Source of the DNA: Pseudomonadota bacterium
GTDB lineage: Bacteria > Bdellovibrionota > FAC87 > UBA2466
DNA length: 41,622 nt
Direction: 5' to 3'
NCBI GenBank assembly: GCA_043718025.1
Contig: JAYSWN010000024.1
Coordinates: 1 to 41,622, forward strand
Part shown: positions 10,272 to 21,470 of the stretch, in pieces
Layout of the letters: the number at the start of each line of letters is the position of its first letter
Numbering within the stretch: the stretch's first letter is position 1
Made by a program: the position numbers and the translations under genes
The notes under the pieces: generated by a model
The model's database searches: none
What the model saw: only the letters and a program-made list of their open reading frames with translations
Told to the model about the DNA's origin: nothing

Positions 10272-12824
10272 ATGGATGTGATCGAAAATTCACTGATACA
10301 GGTCAGCATCGAAGAGCAAATGAAGGATGCCTACCTTGATTATGCGATGAGCGTAATCATTGGTCGCGCCTTGCCCGATGCCCGCGATGGCTTAAAACCG
10401 GTGCACCGCCGTGCTTTGTACGCGATGTACGACATGTCGAATACCCACGACAAGCCATACAAAAAATCAGCACGTATCGTTGGCGACGTTATCGGTAAAT
10501 ATCATCCGCACGGTGATGTTCCCGTATACGAAACCATGGTTCGCATGGCGCAAGATTTTAGCATGCGTTATCCGCTTATCGATGGACAGGGGAATTTCGG
10601 TTCTGTCGACGGTGATTCACCGGCGGCGATGCGTTATACCGAAGTTCGCCTCGACAAGATTTCTAACGAGCTGCTTTCTGATCTTGAAAAAGAAACCGTA
10701 GATTTCACGCCTAACTACGATAACTCGTTGCGCGAGCCTTCGGTACTTCCGGCAAAATTTCCCAACCTTTTGGTGAACGGTGCTTCAGGGATTGCGGTGG
10801 GAATGGCCACTAATATTCCCCCCCATAATCTAAATGAGATTCTTGATGGGTTGATGTTGCTGATTGAAAATCCGGCAACGACAATTGAATCGATCATTCA
10901 AAAAATTCCAGGACCCGATTTCCCAACCGCCGGGTTTATATACGGCCGTAAGGGCTTAAGAGAAGCCTACTTACAAGGTAAAGGAATTATCCAACTTCGC
11001 GCCAAGGCTGAAATTGAGCCGATGCCCAAGTCGGAAAAAGAACGCATCATTGTGACCGAACTTCCGTATCAGGTGAACAAGGCAAAGCTGATCGAAAGCG
11101 TTGCCGATATGGTGCGGGAAAAGCGCATTGAAGGGATCACCGATCTTCGCGATGAGTCCGATCGCGACGGCATGCGCGTGGTGTTCGAACTTAAAAAAGG
11201 CGAAGACAGCCGCGTAATTCTAAATCAGCTTTTTAAGAACACACAAATGCAGGTGTCATTCGGCATTAGCATGCTGGCGCTGGATCATCAGCAGCCTAAA
11301 GTGATGAACATCAAGGAGCTTTTAGTAGCGTTCTTGAATCATCGCAAAGAAGTGGTAACCAGACGAACGGTATATGATCTGCGTAAAGCCGAAGAGCGAG
11401 CGCACATTTTAGAGGCCTTAAAAACGGCCGTAGAAAATCTTGATGAAACTGTCCAATTAATTCGAAGTTCTTCTAATCCCGATGAAGCTCACAAAAAATT
11501 AGTTATCCGTTTCAAGTTTAGCGATATCCAGGCCAAAGCTATTTTAGAGATGCGTCTGCAGCGCCTTACCGGACTTGAGCGCGACAAAATTGTCGATGAG
11601 CACCGAGCGATTCTTCTGATCATTGCCGACTTAAAATCGATTCTTTCCGATGAAACTCGAGTCTTAAAAATTATTTCTGAAGAGCTTAAAGAGATTCGTG
11701 AAAAATTTGGTGATGAGCGTCGGACCCAGTTTATTGAAGAGACTGACGACCTGAGCGCTGAAGATTACATCACTGAAGAGCAGATGGTGGTGACCTTCAC
11801 TTACTCTGGTTATATCAAACGACTGCCCGTGGACACTTATCGCGCGCAGAAACGCGGTGGCCGAGGTGTTACCGGTGCCGGAACCAAAGCCGAAGATTTT
11901 GTTGCCGATCTGTTCATTGCCTCTACTCACGACCAGATTCTGTGTTTTACCGACCAAGGCAAACTCTATTGGCTCAAGGTTCTTAAAATTCCTGAAGGCA
12001 GCCGAACGGCCAAGGGCAAGCCGATCGTGAATTTGCTTAATTTGAGCACCAATGAGCGAGTTCAGGCGGTGTTGCCGGTTCGTGAGTTTAAGGAAGACGA
12101 ATTTATTGTAATGGTGACAGCAAAAGGCATCATTAAGAAAACTTCATTGATGGCGTTTGCTCGTCCTATGAAAAAAGGGATCATTGCCGTTACCGTTGAT
12201 GAAGGCGATTCGCTGGTTGATGCCCGTATTTGTAAGGCCGCCCAGAATGTAATTTTGGTCACGAAACAAGGACAGAGCATACGATTCGAAGATGACGACG
12301 TTCGCGCCATGGGCCGGGCGGCACGTGGCGTTCAGGGCATGCGCCTCGACGACAACGATGCGGTAGTAGGCATGGAGATTATTTGGCCGAACGTTGCAGG
12401 TGTTCAAATCTTGGTTGTTACCGAAAAGGGTTATGGTAAGCGGACCCCGATTGACGAATACCGTGTTCAGGGGCGCGGCGGTTCAGGAATCATCACGCTA
12501 AGGGTTGCCGAGAAAAATGGCCAAGTGGTTGCGGTTCGGCAGGTGGTGGATTCGGATGAAATTATCATCGCCTCTAACCAAGGAAAAGTGATTCGCACCA
12601 GAGTTTCTGAGATTTCTGAAGTTGGCCGGGTGGCGCAGGGCGTGCGTTTGATTGCACTTGAAGAGGGCGAGCGAGTTGGGGCCGTGGCAAAAATCGTAGA
12701 AAAGGAAGATGACGGAACTACGATCATTGCTGGAAACACCCCTCTCGATGCAGCGTCCGCTCAAAACGACGAAACTCCAGAGGTTGAGTCTACGCCAGAC
12801 GATGGCGGAGATGGTGCTGAATAA
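10272..12824 (+). CDS. gyrA: DNA gyrase subunit A
   Basis: [16 protein letters not shown] (catalytic Tyr), GyrA-box QKRGGRG, acidic tail. Confidence 0.99.
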   Translation: MDVIENSLIQVSIEEQMKDAYLDYAMSVIIGRALPDARDGLKPVHRRALYAMYDMSNTHDKPYKKSARIVGDVIGKYHPHGDVPVYETMVRMAQDFSMRYPLIDGQGNFGSVDGDSPAAMRYTEVRLDKISNELLSDLEKETVDFTPNYDNSLREPSVLPAKFPNLLVNGASGIAVGMATNIPPHNLNEILDGLMLLIENPATTIESIIQKIPGPDFPTAGFIYGRKGLREAYLQGKGIIQLRAKAEIEPMPKSEKERIIVTELPYQVNKAKLIESVADMVREKRIEGITDLRDESDRDGMRVVFELKKGEDSRVILNQLFKNTQMQVSFGISMLALDHQQPKVMNIKELLVAFLNHRKEVVTRRTVYDLRKAEERAHILEALKTAVENLDETVQLIRSSSNPDEAHKKLVIRFKFSDIQAKAILEMRLQRLTGLERDKIVDEHRAILLIIADLKSILSDETRVLKIISEELKEIREKFGDERRTQFIEETDDLSAEDYITEEQMVVTFTYSGYIKRLPVDTYRAQKRGGRGVTGAGTKAEDFVADLFIASTHDQILCFTDQGKLYWLKVLKIPEGSRTAKGKPIVNLLNLSTNERVQAVLPVREFKEDEFIVMVTAKGIIKKTSLMAFARPMKKGIIAVTVDEGDSLVDARICKAAQNVILVTKQGQSIRFEDDDVRAMGRAARGVQGMRLDDNDAVVGMEIIWPNVAGVQILVVTEKGYGKRTPIDEYRVQGRGGSGIITLRVAEKNGQVVAVRQVVDSDEIIIASNQGKVIRTRVSEISEVGRVAQGVRLIALEEGERVGAVAKIVEKEDDGTTIIAGNTPLDAASAQNDETPEVESTPDDGGDGAE

Positions 12825-13611
12825 ACGGATCTTAAGGTCCGTTTTAATATTACTAATACTGATGCCGCTGTGTGCGTGCACTGAACGACGGCAAAACAGC
12901 CTGACTCGGGCAGCTGAAGATAAGATCAATCAGGGCGCTTATATCGAAGCGGTGGATCTTTATCATAAGGCGATCGCATTAAACCCCGACAATAAAGTCG
13001 CCATTAAAACACTCTACAAGCTGGGGTTTGCGCAAGAGGTCTATCTAAAAGACTTTGATGGCGCCACGTTTAGTTACCAGGAATTCATTCGGCTAAATCA
13101 GGACCGGGTTTCAATTTATGAAGTCTTAAAGAGAGTGGCGAATATATATTTTGAGCAGAGCCGCGATTCTGAAAAATCTATCGTCGCCTACCGCAAACTG
13201 ATTGAGATGGATTCAGAAAGTCTCGAGCGCGACCTTTTTGAGTTTCGGGTGGCCACCTCTTTCTTTCGTGCCAATAACTTTGAGCAGGCTCGGCTTGAAT
13301 TTCAAAATCTTGTCGAAAAATTTCCCAAAAGCACCTTTATACCCAGGGCGCGTTTCGAAATTGGAAATACCTATTTTATGGATGGAAAATACGACGTGGC
13401 GATTGAGGCACTCAAGCAGGTTCTACGGCATCACCCCCAAAGCGAACAGGCGATGGACGCCCAATTTCTGATTGGGCAATGCTACGAACACGATGGAAAG
13501 TTTACTAACGCGCTGCAGATCTTTGAAGGGCTTAAAGACCGTTATCGGGACCCAGGTCTGGTTGAAATTCGTATCAATGAGCTACGAAAGAGAACGGCGA
13601 AAAGTAAATAA
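12811..13611 (+). CDS. TPR-repeat lipoprotein (CpoB/BamD-like repeats)
   Basis: Basic N-terminus, hydrophobic stretch and lipobox-like LCAC from ATG 12811. TPR repeats such as [17 protein letters not shown] and [10 protein letters not shown]. The ORF-track start at 12709 lies deep inside gyrA. Confidence 0.75.
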   Translation: MVLNKRILRSVLILLILMPLCACTERRQNSLTRAAEDKINQGAYIEAVDLYHKAIALNPDNKVAIKTLYKLGFAQEVYLKDFDGATFSYQEFIRLNQDRVSIYEVLKRVANIYFEQSRDSEKSIVAYRKLIEMDSESLERDLFEFRVATSFFRANNFEQARLEFQNLVEKFPKSTFIPRARFEIGNTYFMDGKYDVAIEALKQVLRHHPQSEQAMDAQFLIGQCYEHDGKFTNALQIFEGLKDRYRDPGLVEIRINELRKRTAKSK

Positions 13612-13620
13612 GGAACGCCC

Positions 13621-13833
13621 ATGCGAATCGATCCTAAATTTATGAGATTTGCCTCTCAGTTGAGCAGCATTGTGATGACGAAAGCGCTGCTCATTTATGG
13701 CGCATATCGACTTGGTACCTACCTTGACACCCGCTTTGGCACGTATCCGCTCTTCTTTTTTACATTAATTACCGCTGCTTCGGGCTTGGGCCTTTTTTGG
13801 ATCATCAAAGTTATCGAGAAAAATCGCATCTAG
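13621..13833 (+). CDS. AtpZ/AtpI-family small membrane protein (ATP synthase gene 1)
   Basis: 70 aa with two hydrophobic segments around GTYLDTRFGTYP (family pattern GxxLDxxxgTxP); upstream of atpB. Confidence 0.75.
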   Translation: MRIDPKFMRFASQLSSIVMTKALLIYGAYRLGTYLDTRFGTYPLFFFTLITAASGLGLFWIIKVIEKNRI

Positions 13834-13870
13834 AATGCTCAAGAGCTAAGCTGGGAAAGGCGCTCTCAAG

Positions 13871-13999
13871 TTATCCACAGGACCCGGACAACATTTTACG
13901 ATCTCGAGAAAACGTTCTCAAAGTTATCCACAGGCCACTTTAAAATGAGGCCGCTATCTAAAAATGGAGCCCCAAAAGTTATCCACAAGGTTATCCCCA
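13871..13999 (+). promoter_or_regulatory. Second DnaA-box cluster (non-origin)
   Basis: TTATCCACA at 13871, 13924 and 13979, and TTATCCCCA at 13991. All co-oriented, in a 421-bp gap with no ORF in the track. Confidence 0.85.
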
Positions 14000-14254
14000 T
14001 GCGTGTGTTCGTGTTTTTCTAGAGGAAGAGATAATCGCCCTTGTTAACAGGTTAATCGTAGGTTGATTGTCTGATTCTCGGAGCAGCCACAAGGTTAACT
14101 GCGGTTGATCGGGGGATGATTTGGTAAATCACAATAGACCGCATGGCGGAGCGTCACTTAACTAAGCCCAATCAATTGGCGGGAGAATCGGCTAACGCGT
14201 TTAAATAGTTGAAACTTAGCGCCAGCGGGGATAAGTAGGGACAGTTTTCAAACT

Positions 14255-14989
14255 ATGAATGCTCACGGACCTACAAGCTGGTTGCTGCAAATCCCTGGTT
14301 TGCCGCACGACTCGAACTTGATTCATATCAATGCCTCGGTTGTTACCGTCGTGGGCATCGGCATTGCTTCGCTCATCGCCAACCGAGCACTCAAGGGGCG
14401 CGAAGAAGAAAACCTCATTCCGAAAAAGAAGCCGGGCTACGCCACCGTAGTGGACACCATTATGGACGGCCTTTACGCGATGATTGAGGACACGTTGGGC
14501 CATGGTGCTGAGAAGTACGTGCCATTCATCTCCGCTTTGTTTCTTTATGTGTTCTTTAACAACCTCTTAGGATTGTTGCCGCACTCAAGTTCGAGCACCT
14601 CGAACGTAAATACGACCTTTGCGTTGGGTATTTCCTCTTTCGCTTACTACAACATTATGGGTATTCGCGAGCACGGGCTAGGCGGGTATCTTAAGCACTT
14701 TTTGATGGGACTTGGCCCGGCCGGTATTTTAATTGCCATTTTGGAGATGGTGTCACACGCCATTCGTCCGGTTTCCTTGGGAATTCGTTTATTTGTGAAT
14801 ATGTTCGTAGACCACGCCGTAGCCTCTAAATTTGGAGAGCTGATGGCTTGGGTATTGCCGGTTCCATTATTGCTTTTTGGAATCTTTGTTTGTACCATCC
14901 AGGCCTTTGTTTTTGCGACTATTTCGGCGGTGTACGTACAAATGGCGACGGAGCACGAACACGGTGCTGATCACGCCCATGGGCATTAG
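14255..14989 (+). CDS. atpB: ATP synthase F0 subunit a
   Basis: NNLLGLLP, RPVSLGIRLFVNM (essential Arg), IQAFVFATIS, His-rich tail. Confidence 0.96.
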   Translation: MNAHGPTSWLLQIPGLPHDSNLIHINASVVTVVGIGIASLIANRALKGREEENLIPKKKPGYATVVDTIMDGLYAMIEDTLGHGAEKYVPFISALFLYVFFNNLLGLLPHSSSSTSNVNTTFALGISSFAYYNIMGIREHGLGGYLKHFLMGLGPAGILIAILEMVSHAIRPVSLGIRLFVNMFVDHAVASKFGELMAWVLPVPLLLFGIFVCTIQAFVFATISAVYVQMATEHEHGADHAHGH

Positions 14990-15037
14990 GAAATTTAGTC
15001 GGAACGTTTAGAAACTTTTTATTCAAGGAGTAAGTTA

Positions 15038-15349
15038 ATGAAGATGTCTCGTTTGGTGCTGTTAGGTAGCTTGTTTCCCTTAGCTTCGTTCGCTGAAGAA
15101 GCGACCCACGGTGCCGTTACATCGGCCGCTCCGTGGATCGCCTTAGCGGTTGGATTCGGAATGGCTCTAGCCGTAATGGCGGCCACTACGGCTCAAGGCC
15201 GCATTGCCAGCGCCTTTATGGACGGTGTTTCCCGTAACCCAGCGGCATCGGACGGAATGAAGACACCGTTGATTCTTGGCCTCGCATTTATCGAGTCCTT
15301 GGTGCTGTTCACCGTTCTTATTGCTTTCATGCTTATTGGAAAGCTGTAA
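15038..15349 (+). CDS. atpE: ATP synthase F0 subunit c
   Basis: RNP loop, FIESLVLF (ion-binding Glu), AAGGAG RBS. Confidence 0.96.
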   Translation: MKMSRLVLLGSLFPLASFAEEATHGAVTSAAPWIALAVGFGMALAVMAATTAQGRIASAFMDGVSRNPAASDGMKTPLILGLAFIESLVLFTVLIAFMLIGKL

Positions 15350-15367
15350 AAGTATTACGCAACCAAT

Positions 15368-18178
15368 TTAGGTTCGTAGTTCATTATTCTTTTTAGATGC
15401 TCCATCCCTTGGCGACGAGGGGTGGAGCATTTCTTTTAGGAATTTACCGGTGTGTGAGCCCTCGATTGCCGCTAGCCCTTCGGGAACTCCTTCGTAAAGA
15501 ACTTCTCCGCCGTGAATTCCCCCTTCGGGCCCCAAATCAATAACGTAGTCTGACTGCTTAATTACATCGAGGTTGTGTTCAATCACGATCACGGTATTTC
15601 CCTGATCTGCCAGCCGATGAAGAATATCTGAGAGTCGCAGTACGTCTTCGAAATGCAAACCGGTGGTGGGCTCATCCAATATATAAAGAGTTCGGCCCGT
15701 TGACCTTTTGAGTAACTCTTTGGCCAGCTTAATTCGTTGGGCTTCACCGCCGGAAAGAGTGAGAGCGCTTTGTCCCAAGTGAACGTAGCCGAGACCAACA
15801 TCATTTAAGGTGCCGAGCTTGTGTTTGATTTGCGGAATTCGTTCAAAAAACTCAGAAGCTTCGGCAATCGTTAGGGCCAGAACCTGTGCAATGTTTTTTG
15901 TGCGGTACAAAATCTCGAGCGTCTCACGGTTGTAGCGTTGGCCACGGCAAAGTTCACACTCAACATACACATCGGGAAGAAAGCTCATGGAGATTCTCAT
16001 GTTGCCGTCGCCATGACAGGCATCGCAGCGGCCGCCTTCGACATTAAACGAGAAGCGCCCTGGGCCATAGCCGCGTACTTTTGCTTCCGGTAAACCTGCG
16101 AACAGAGCACGAATCTCACCGAAAACGCCGGTATAAGTGGCGGGGTTAGAACGAGGGGTTCGGCCGATGGGGCTTTGGTCGACATGAATGACTTTGTCGA
16201 TCGCCGTCAGCCCCTCTACCTTCTCCACATTAAGATGTGCAGGAATCGGCAGACGCTGGAATGAAGCGTGTATTGCCGGGTACAAAGTGTCCAGAACAAG
16301 CGTGCTTTTGCCGGAGCCTGAGACGCCGGTAATGCCGATTATATTTCCCAACGGAAAAGAGACGGTGACGTTTCTCAAATTATTTAAGCTCGCGCCGATG
16401 AGTCGGATCATTCGATTTGGGTCCTGCGGTCGGCGGGGATTTGGGACGGGGATTTTTCGAACGCCATTAAGATATTGAGCCGTAATACTGGTTTGGTCGC
16501 GCAGTAGCTCTTCAGCCGTGCCGGCAAATAAAACCTCGCCGCCCTTTGCGCCCGCGCCTGGCCCCATATCCACTACGAAGTCTGAGCGGCGTATCGTCTC
16601 TTCATCATGTTCGACTACCAATACTGAATTGCCGTCGTCACGTAGCCGCTCAAGAGTTTGAATCAGCTTCTCGTTGTCGCGCGGGTGTAAACCAATGCTA
16701 GGTTCGTCGAGCACGTATAGGACACCAACCAGTGAAGCCCCGATCTGGCTCGCCAACCGAATGCGTTGGGCTTCGCCCCCCGAAAGCGAATCAGCTGACC
16801 GGCCAAGTGAAAGGTACGTCAGACCAACATCGATCAGAAACGTCAGGCGGGCAGTGATCTCTTTAAGAATAGGTGATGCCACCAAATTCTGGGAGGAGGT
16901 AAATTTTATTCCGCTTAGTGTGGTTAAACATTTTTCCAAATCGAGACGGCAAACATCCGCAATCGAATGATCGGCAATGCGAATCGAGAGAACTTCCTTT
17001 TTCAGTCGCGACCCTTTGCATTCGGGGCACGGGCGCGAAGAGTAAAAAGCGTCTTCGGGACCGAAAAGATCGTCATCCTCTTCTTCTTCAGCGGCCATGA
17101 GGGTGGGAATGACTCCACTAAAATCTTCGTCGCCAAAGAGCGCCAAGTTTTTATGTTCGGTGGGAAGTTCTTTCCATGGCGTGTCTAAGCTGACTCCACG
17201 TTTTCTAATGGGCGAAAAGAACGCTTCGAGCCATTTTTTCGTTTTTGAACCCCAAGGCTCAACGCAGCCGCGATTCAAAGATAGATCAATGTCTCCAATG
17301 ACCTTATTTGGATCGATAAAGTCCTGAGTGCCTCTTCCCTCGCATACCGGGCACGCCCCATGCTCGCTATTGAATGAAAAATTTCTCGGCTCAAGCTCAG
17401 GAAAATTAATACTGCATTCGACGCAGGCGCGTTTAGTGGAATAGGTCATCAACTTTTTAGAATCGACCTCTTCAACCTCGACTATTCCGTCGGCTAACCC
17501 CACGGCCATTTCAACGGCTTCGGCTAAACGATAATCAATTCCGGCGCGCAGAAAAATACGGTCTACAAAAACAGAGATGTCGTGCTTAGCGGTTTTTTTT
17601 AGTTTGATCGGCTCCGAAAGCGACAGGTCTTGCCCGTCAATGCGCACGCGGGTAAAGCCGCGCGACTGCATCTGGTAGAGCTCTTTCTGGTACTCACCCT
17701 TTTTACCGCGAACAATCGGGGCTAATACCGAAATACGGCTTCCTTCGGGAAGTCGCAGAACCTGTTCGACGATCTCATTTACCGTCTGGCGTTGTACCTC
17801 TTTTCCGCAAGAAGGGCAGAAAACCGTGCCCAGGCGCGAGAAAAGCAATCGTAGGTAATCGTATATTTCGGTAATGGTGCCTACGGTAGAGCGCGGGCTT
17901 CTACTTACCACCTTTTGGTCGATGGAAATTGTTGGTGAAAGGCCGTCGATAAAGTCTACGTCCGGCTTTCTCATTTGTTCTAAGAACTGCCGAGCGTATG
18001 CGGAAAGCGACTCTAAGTAGCGCCGCTGACCCTCGGCATAAATCGTGTCAAAGGCGAGCGAAGACTTTCCTGATCCACTAAGGCCGGTAATGGTGACCAG
18101 TTTATTTCGAGGAATATCTAGCGAGATGTTTCTGAGGTTATGTTCTCGCGCTCCCTTTACTATGATGTGTGAAGACAC
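15368..18178 (-). CDS. uvrA: Excinuclease ABC subunit UvrA
   Basis: GAREHNL, two Walker A motifs ([16 protein letters not shown]), two LSGGEAQR signatures, CxxC zinc fingers; GTG start. Confidence 0.98.
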   Translation of the reverse strand: MSSHIIVKGAREHNLRNISLDIPRNKLVTITGLSGSGKSSLAFDTIYAEGQRRYLESLSAYARQFLEQMRKPDVDFIDGLSPTISIDQKVVSRSPRSTVGTITEIYDYLRLLFSRLGTVFCPSCGKEVQRQTVNEIVEQVLRLPEGSRISVLAPIVRGKKGEYQKELYQMQSRGFTRVRIDGQDLSLSEPIKLKKTAKHDISVFVDRIFLRAGIDYRLAEAVEMAVGLADGIVEVEEVDSKKLMTYSTKRACVECSINFPELEPRNFSFNSEHGACPVCEGRGTQDFIDPNKVIGDIDLSLNRGCVEPWGSKTKKWLEAFFSPIRKRGVSLDTPWKELPTEHKNLALFGDEDFSGVIPTLMAAEEEEDDDLFGPEDAFYSSRPCPECKGSRLKKEVLSIRIADHSIADVCRLDLEKCLTTLSGIKFTSSQNLVASPILKEITARLTFLIDVGLTYLSLGRSADSLSGGEAQRIRLASQIGASLVGVLYVLDEPSIGLHPRDNEKLIQTLERLRDDGNSVLVVEHDEETIRRSDFVVDMGPGAGAKGGEVLFAGTAEELLRDQTSITAQYLNGVRKIPVPNPRRPQDPNRMIRLIGASLNNLRNVTVSFPLGNIIGITGVSGSGKSTLVLDTLYPAIHASFQRLPIPAHLNVEKVEGLTAIDKVIHVDQSPIGRTPRSNPATYTGVFGEIRALFAGLPEAKVRGYGPGRFSFNVEGGRCDACHGDGNMRISMSFLPDVYVECELCRGQRYNRETLEILYRTKNIAQVLALTIAEASEFFERIPQIKHKLGTLNDVGLGYVHLGQSALTLSGGEAQRIKLAKELLKRSTGRTLYILDEPTTGLHFEDVLRLSDILHRLADQGNTVIVIEHNLDVIKQSDYVIDLGPEGGIHGGEVLYEGVPEGLAAIEGSHTGKFLKEMLHPSSPRDGASKKNNELRT

Positions 18179-18180
18179 AA

Positions 18181-19545
18181 CTAACTTCGTTTCTCCAAGA
18201 TTTGCGCCAGAACTGTCTCAATCTCGGTGCGAATTCGATTTAGTTCTGCGGCCGAGTTCGCTTCGAAACGGTACACCAGAACGGGCTGTGTATTCGAAGC
18301 GCGAACCAGGCCCCAACCTTCGGGATATTCGACGCGCGCCCCATCGATGGGGTTTACTTCGAGCCCTTTTGAAATAAAGGCTCGACGAGCCTCATCTACC
18401 ACCTGAAATTTAATTTCATCTGGGCAATCGACCCGAATCTCGGGAGTTGAAAAAGTTTTCGGCAAATCGGCTAATAGTTCGACCGGACTCTTGCCCGACG
18501 CTTCAATAATTTCAATTGCCCGCGCGCCCGCGTAAATGGCGTCATCAAAACCGTAATACCGGTCTTTGAAAAACATATGGCCGCTCATCTCGCCGGCCAG
18601 TAAGGCCCCCTCTTCCTTCATCTTTGCTTTGATGAGGCTATGGCCCGTTTTCCACATGATCGGTTTGCCGCCATGTGCGGCGACGTCGGCAAAAAATTTA
18701 CGCGAAGCTTTGACCTCAGAAATAATTTTGGCACCCGGCGAGACTTTTAGTAGCGCCCGCGCATAGAGAATGAGGATCTCGTCGCCAAATAAAATGCTTC
18801 CGTTGCGATCGACCAGTCCGATGCGATCGGCGTCGCCGTCGAAGGCAATTCCCATTTGCAACTTCTCCGCCTTAACTGTCGCGATGAGTTGTTTTAAATT
18901 TTCGGGTTGCGTCGGGTCAGGGTGGTGATTGGGAAAGTGGCCATCCAGTTCGCCGAATAGCTCAATGACTTCGCAACCGAGCTTTTCGTAAATCCTTTTG
19001 GCTACACCGCCACCCATGGCGTTGCCGCAGTCGATAGCAATTTTTAGCGACAGTTTTCTACCGATCGATTTTACGATGGCATCGCAGTAGGCATCTAAAA
19101 TTTCTGTTTTGGAGTAGGTACCCTTTCCACTCACAAACTCTTTTTTTTCTACAAGCTCGCGCACCATCTGAATTTCATCGCCGAAAAGGGTCGCCTCGCC
19201 GCACACAACTTTAAAGCCGTTGTATTCCGCCGGGTTGTGGCTGCCGGTTATCATTACTCCGCCCCCGACCGTGAGGTGGTGGCAAGCAAAGTAAAGACCG
19301 GGCGTGGGTACGAGACCCACGTCCACTACGTCAATGCCCGATCCTAAAAACGACTCCGACAGAGATTGGAATAGCGATTCGGAACTTAGCCGGCAGTCGC
19401 GGCCCAAAGCAATTTTCTTAACGCCCCTTTGTTGAAAGAACGAGGCTAAGCCTCGGCCGAGCAGCACGGCCTTTTCTCCGACCAATTCGCTGTCGGCCAA
19501 ACCACGGATGTCGTATTCTCGAAAAATTTTTGGACTTAATTTCAC
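18181..19545 (-). CDS. Phosphomannomutase/phosphoglucomutase (AlgC/ManB-like)
   Basis: [14 protein letters not shown] (phosphoserine loop), DGDADR, GEMSGH, RASNT. Start set at GTG 19545 with GAGG upstream. Confidence 0.95.
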   Translation of the reverse strand: MKLSPKIFREYDIRGLADSELVGEKAVLLGRGLASFFQQRGVKKIALGRDCRLSSESLFQSLSESFLGSGIDVVDVGLVPTPGLYFACHHLTVGGGVMITGSHNPAEYNGFKVVCGEATLFGDEIQMVRELVEKKEFVSGKGTYSKTEILDAYCDAIVKSIGRKLSLKIAIDCGNAMGGGVAKRIYEKLGCEVIELFGELDGHFPNHHPDPTQPENLKQLIATVKAEKLQMGIAFDGDADRIGLVDRNGSILFGDEILILYARALLKVSPGAKIISEVKASRKFFADVAAHGGKPIMWKTGHSLIKAKMKEEGALLAGEMSGHMFFKDRYYGFDDAIYAGARAIEIIEASGKSPVELLADLPKTFSTPEIRVDCPDEIKFQVVDEARRAFISKGLEVNPIDGARVEYPEGWGLVRASNTQPVLVYRFEANSAAELNRIRTEIETVLAQILEKRS

Positions 19546-19555
19546 ATCGCCTCGA

Positions 19556-20524
19556 TTAAGATTTTTTTTGGTCTTTGGCCGAAGAGACGATATGGGCATC
19601 GCCTTTTTTACGCTCGAGCCATAAAAGCATTTTTTTCTCGACCTCGGAGCCGACCATCTGCTGTTTTACGAGCTCTTTTTGTTCTTTCGACAGCCCCGCA
19701 AAGTCGGCGGCATGGGACTCAAGCACCCTAAGAATGTGGTAACCCGCTTTAGTTTTTACCGGGGGCGAAATCTTTCCGGGGGGAAGTTTGGGCACGACGG
19801 CTCGAAACTCTTTAGAAAGTTGAGAGACGGGAAACGCGCCTAGCACACCGCCGGTGGCGGCCGTGGAAGTGTCGTCGGAGGCCTCTTTGCAAAGCGCATC
19901 GTACTTCTCAGGGGCAGTCTTTAGCTCCTCGTAAATGCGGTCGGCGCGCGATTTGGCGTCTTTTCCGGTACGAACGAAAATGTGCGCCAGTTTGTAAGAA
20001 ACGTCGCCCTCTTCTTTTTTGCTGTTTCGCTCATAAAAGTGGCGAAGCTGTTCTTCGGTAACTTCGAGCGAAGGCTTGATCTCTCGCTCGACCAAATTGC
20101 GGCGTTCGATCTGCCGTTTAAGGCCTAGTTTATAGTCTTCAACCGTGGTGCCGAGCTGCTTCAAACGATCTAAGAGCTGTTTGTCGCTAATGCCGTTACG
20201 CTTACTGATCGAGCGAATCTGACCGTCAACCTCTTGGGGCGAGGCACTAAGTTCAAGCTTTTTGACCTGCTGATCGATGATCTTTTCTTCAATCAGTAGA
20301 TCTATGATCTTATTACGGTCTGAAAACGTTTTTTCGTCCAGGCCACCAAAAAGCTCCTGAAAGTTTTTGGATTTTGATTTTGCGACAAACTTCTCAACAT
20401 CAGACTCAAGAATGATGTCTTCATTTACTGAAACGATCACCTTATCTACTGTTTTTGCAGTAGCGGGGATCGCAATAAGGAAATAAAGGAAGAACTTAAC
20501 TGACAGTGGAAAAAAGGCTCTCAT
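19556..20524 (-). CDS. surA: SurA-like chaperone/parvulin peptidyl-prolyl isomerase
   Basis: Signal peptide, VDKVIVSVNEDIILESD (SurA N-domain), one parvulin domain (LAHIFV...GGVLG...GYHILRV). Start uncertain. Confidence 0.75.
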   Translation of the reverse strand: MRAFFPLSVKFFLYFLIAIPATAKTVDKVIVSVNEDIILESDVEKFVAKSKSKNFQELFGGLDEKTFSDRNKIIDLLIEEKIIDQQVKKLELSASPQEVDGQIRSISKRNGISDKQLLDRLKQLGTTVEDYKLGLKRQIERRNLVEREIKPSLEVTEEQLRHFYERNSKKEEGDVSYKLAHIFVRTGKDAKSRADRIYEELKTAPEKYDALCKEASDDTSTAATGGVLGAFPVSQLSKEFRAVVPKLPPGKISPPVKTKAGYHILRVLESHAADFAGLSKEQKELVKQQMVGSEVEKKMLLWLERKKGDAHIVSSAKDQKKS

Positions 20525-21470
20525 TTCTAAAAATCTCTGCATCCTTTAAGAGTTTAGTAACCCATTCTTTATACGCTTTTACTTCTTTTTCTTTTTTGAT
20601 CGATTTTACGATTTCAAGCTTCGCCTCATTAAATCCCAACCGGCGGTAGGGTTGCTTTTCTAACATTTTTAGCAAATGCACACCGTACCGGCTCTGAATG
20701 GGCTTGGAAATGGTACCCACGGGCAAGGGGAATGCCTCATTGAAGGCGGCAATTTTTTCATTTTTAGCGAAAAAACCTAAATCTCCGCCTTTTACTGCAT
20801 CCGGGCTCAGGGAATACTTTCGGGCCGCCGACTCAAAGGTGATGGCATTGGCAATAATTTCTTGGCGAATTTTTTCCGCTTCCTCTCTAGTAGGTACCAC
20901 AATTTGTAAAACGTGGACCCTTTCTGGAGAAAAAAGTTCGCGCTCATGCTGTTTAAAGTATTTTTTTGTTTCATCGTCGGAAACTAAGGTCTCCGAGGAG
21001 AACAGTGACTCAGAAAGTTTTTCGACCAAAAGTTGGTCTTCAATTCGTTTTTTCAAAAATTCTTCGGTGGTATTCTGCTTACGCAGCATCTCTTCGAAGC
21101 CGCCCGGGGGGTAGCCGTCTTTCCAATTCGACAGCCGTCCTTCAACCTCTTCACGAGCAATGCGCACATTTTTTTTGGCGGCCTCTTGCCTTAACAAATT
21201 AAGAATAAGAATCTCATTCAAAGCCCGTTGCTTAAGCTGGTTAATGAGTTTGGTGTTGGTATTGGAGACGTCGTCTTGTTCAGCCTTAAGTTGATTGAAT
21301 ACAAACTGAAATTCTCGCGCCAAAATGGATTCACCGTTAACCCGTGCGATAATTTGCTTAGAAGGGTCAGGCGCAGGCTCGGTACAGCCCGCGACTATGA
21401 GGCAAACACCAATAATGGCGGCAATTCGTACGGGCTTAAGGAGACGGCGTTGGGCAAAAAACACCTGCAA
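20496..21470 (-). CDS. PrsA/SurA-like parvulin PPIase lipoprotein
   Basis: Lipobox-like VAGC, IIARVNGE, FESAARKYS...GGDLGF...YGVHLL. Start codon uncertain. Confidence 0.85.
   Translation of the reverse strand: MQVFFAQRRLLKPVRIAAIIGVCLIVAGCTEPAPDPSKQIIARVNGESILAREFQFVFNQLKAEQDDVSNTNTKLINQLKQRALNEILILNLLRQEAAKKNVRIAREEVEGRLSNWKDGYPPGGFEEMLRKQNTTEEFLKKRIEDQLLVEKLSESLFSSETLVSDDETKKYFKQHERELFSPERVHVLQIVVPTREEAEKIRQEIIANAITFESAARKYSLSPDAVKGGDLGFFAKNEKIAAFNEAFPLPVGTISKPIQSRYGVHLLKMLEKQPYRRLGFNEAKLEIVKSIKKEKEVKAYKEWVTKLLKDAEIFRNESLFSTVS

Noticed and set aside
13834..14254. Second DnaA cluster as the true oriC
   Set aside because: No DnaA-trios or AT-rich unwinding tract, whereas 6420-6660 has both and adjoins dnaN.
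14206..14255. Imperfect inverted repeat enclosing the atpB translation start
   Set aside because: Pairing needs bulges and is AT-rich; not distinguishable from chance by eye.
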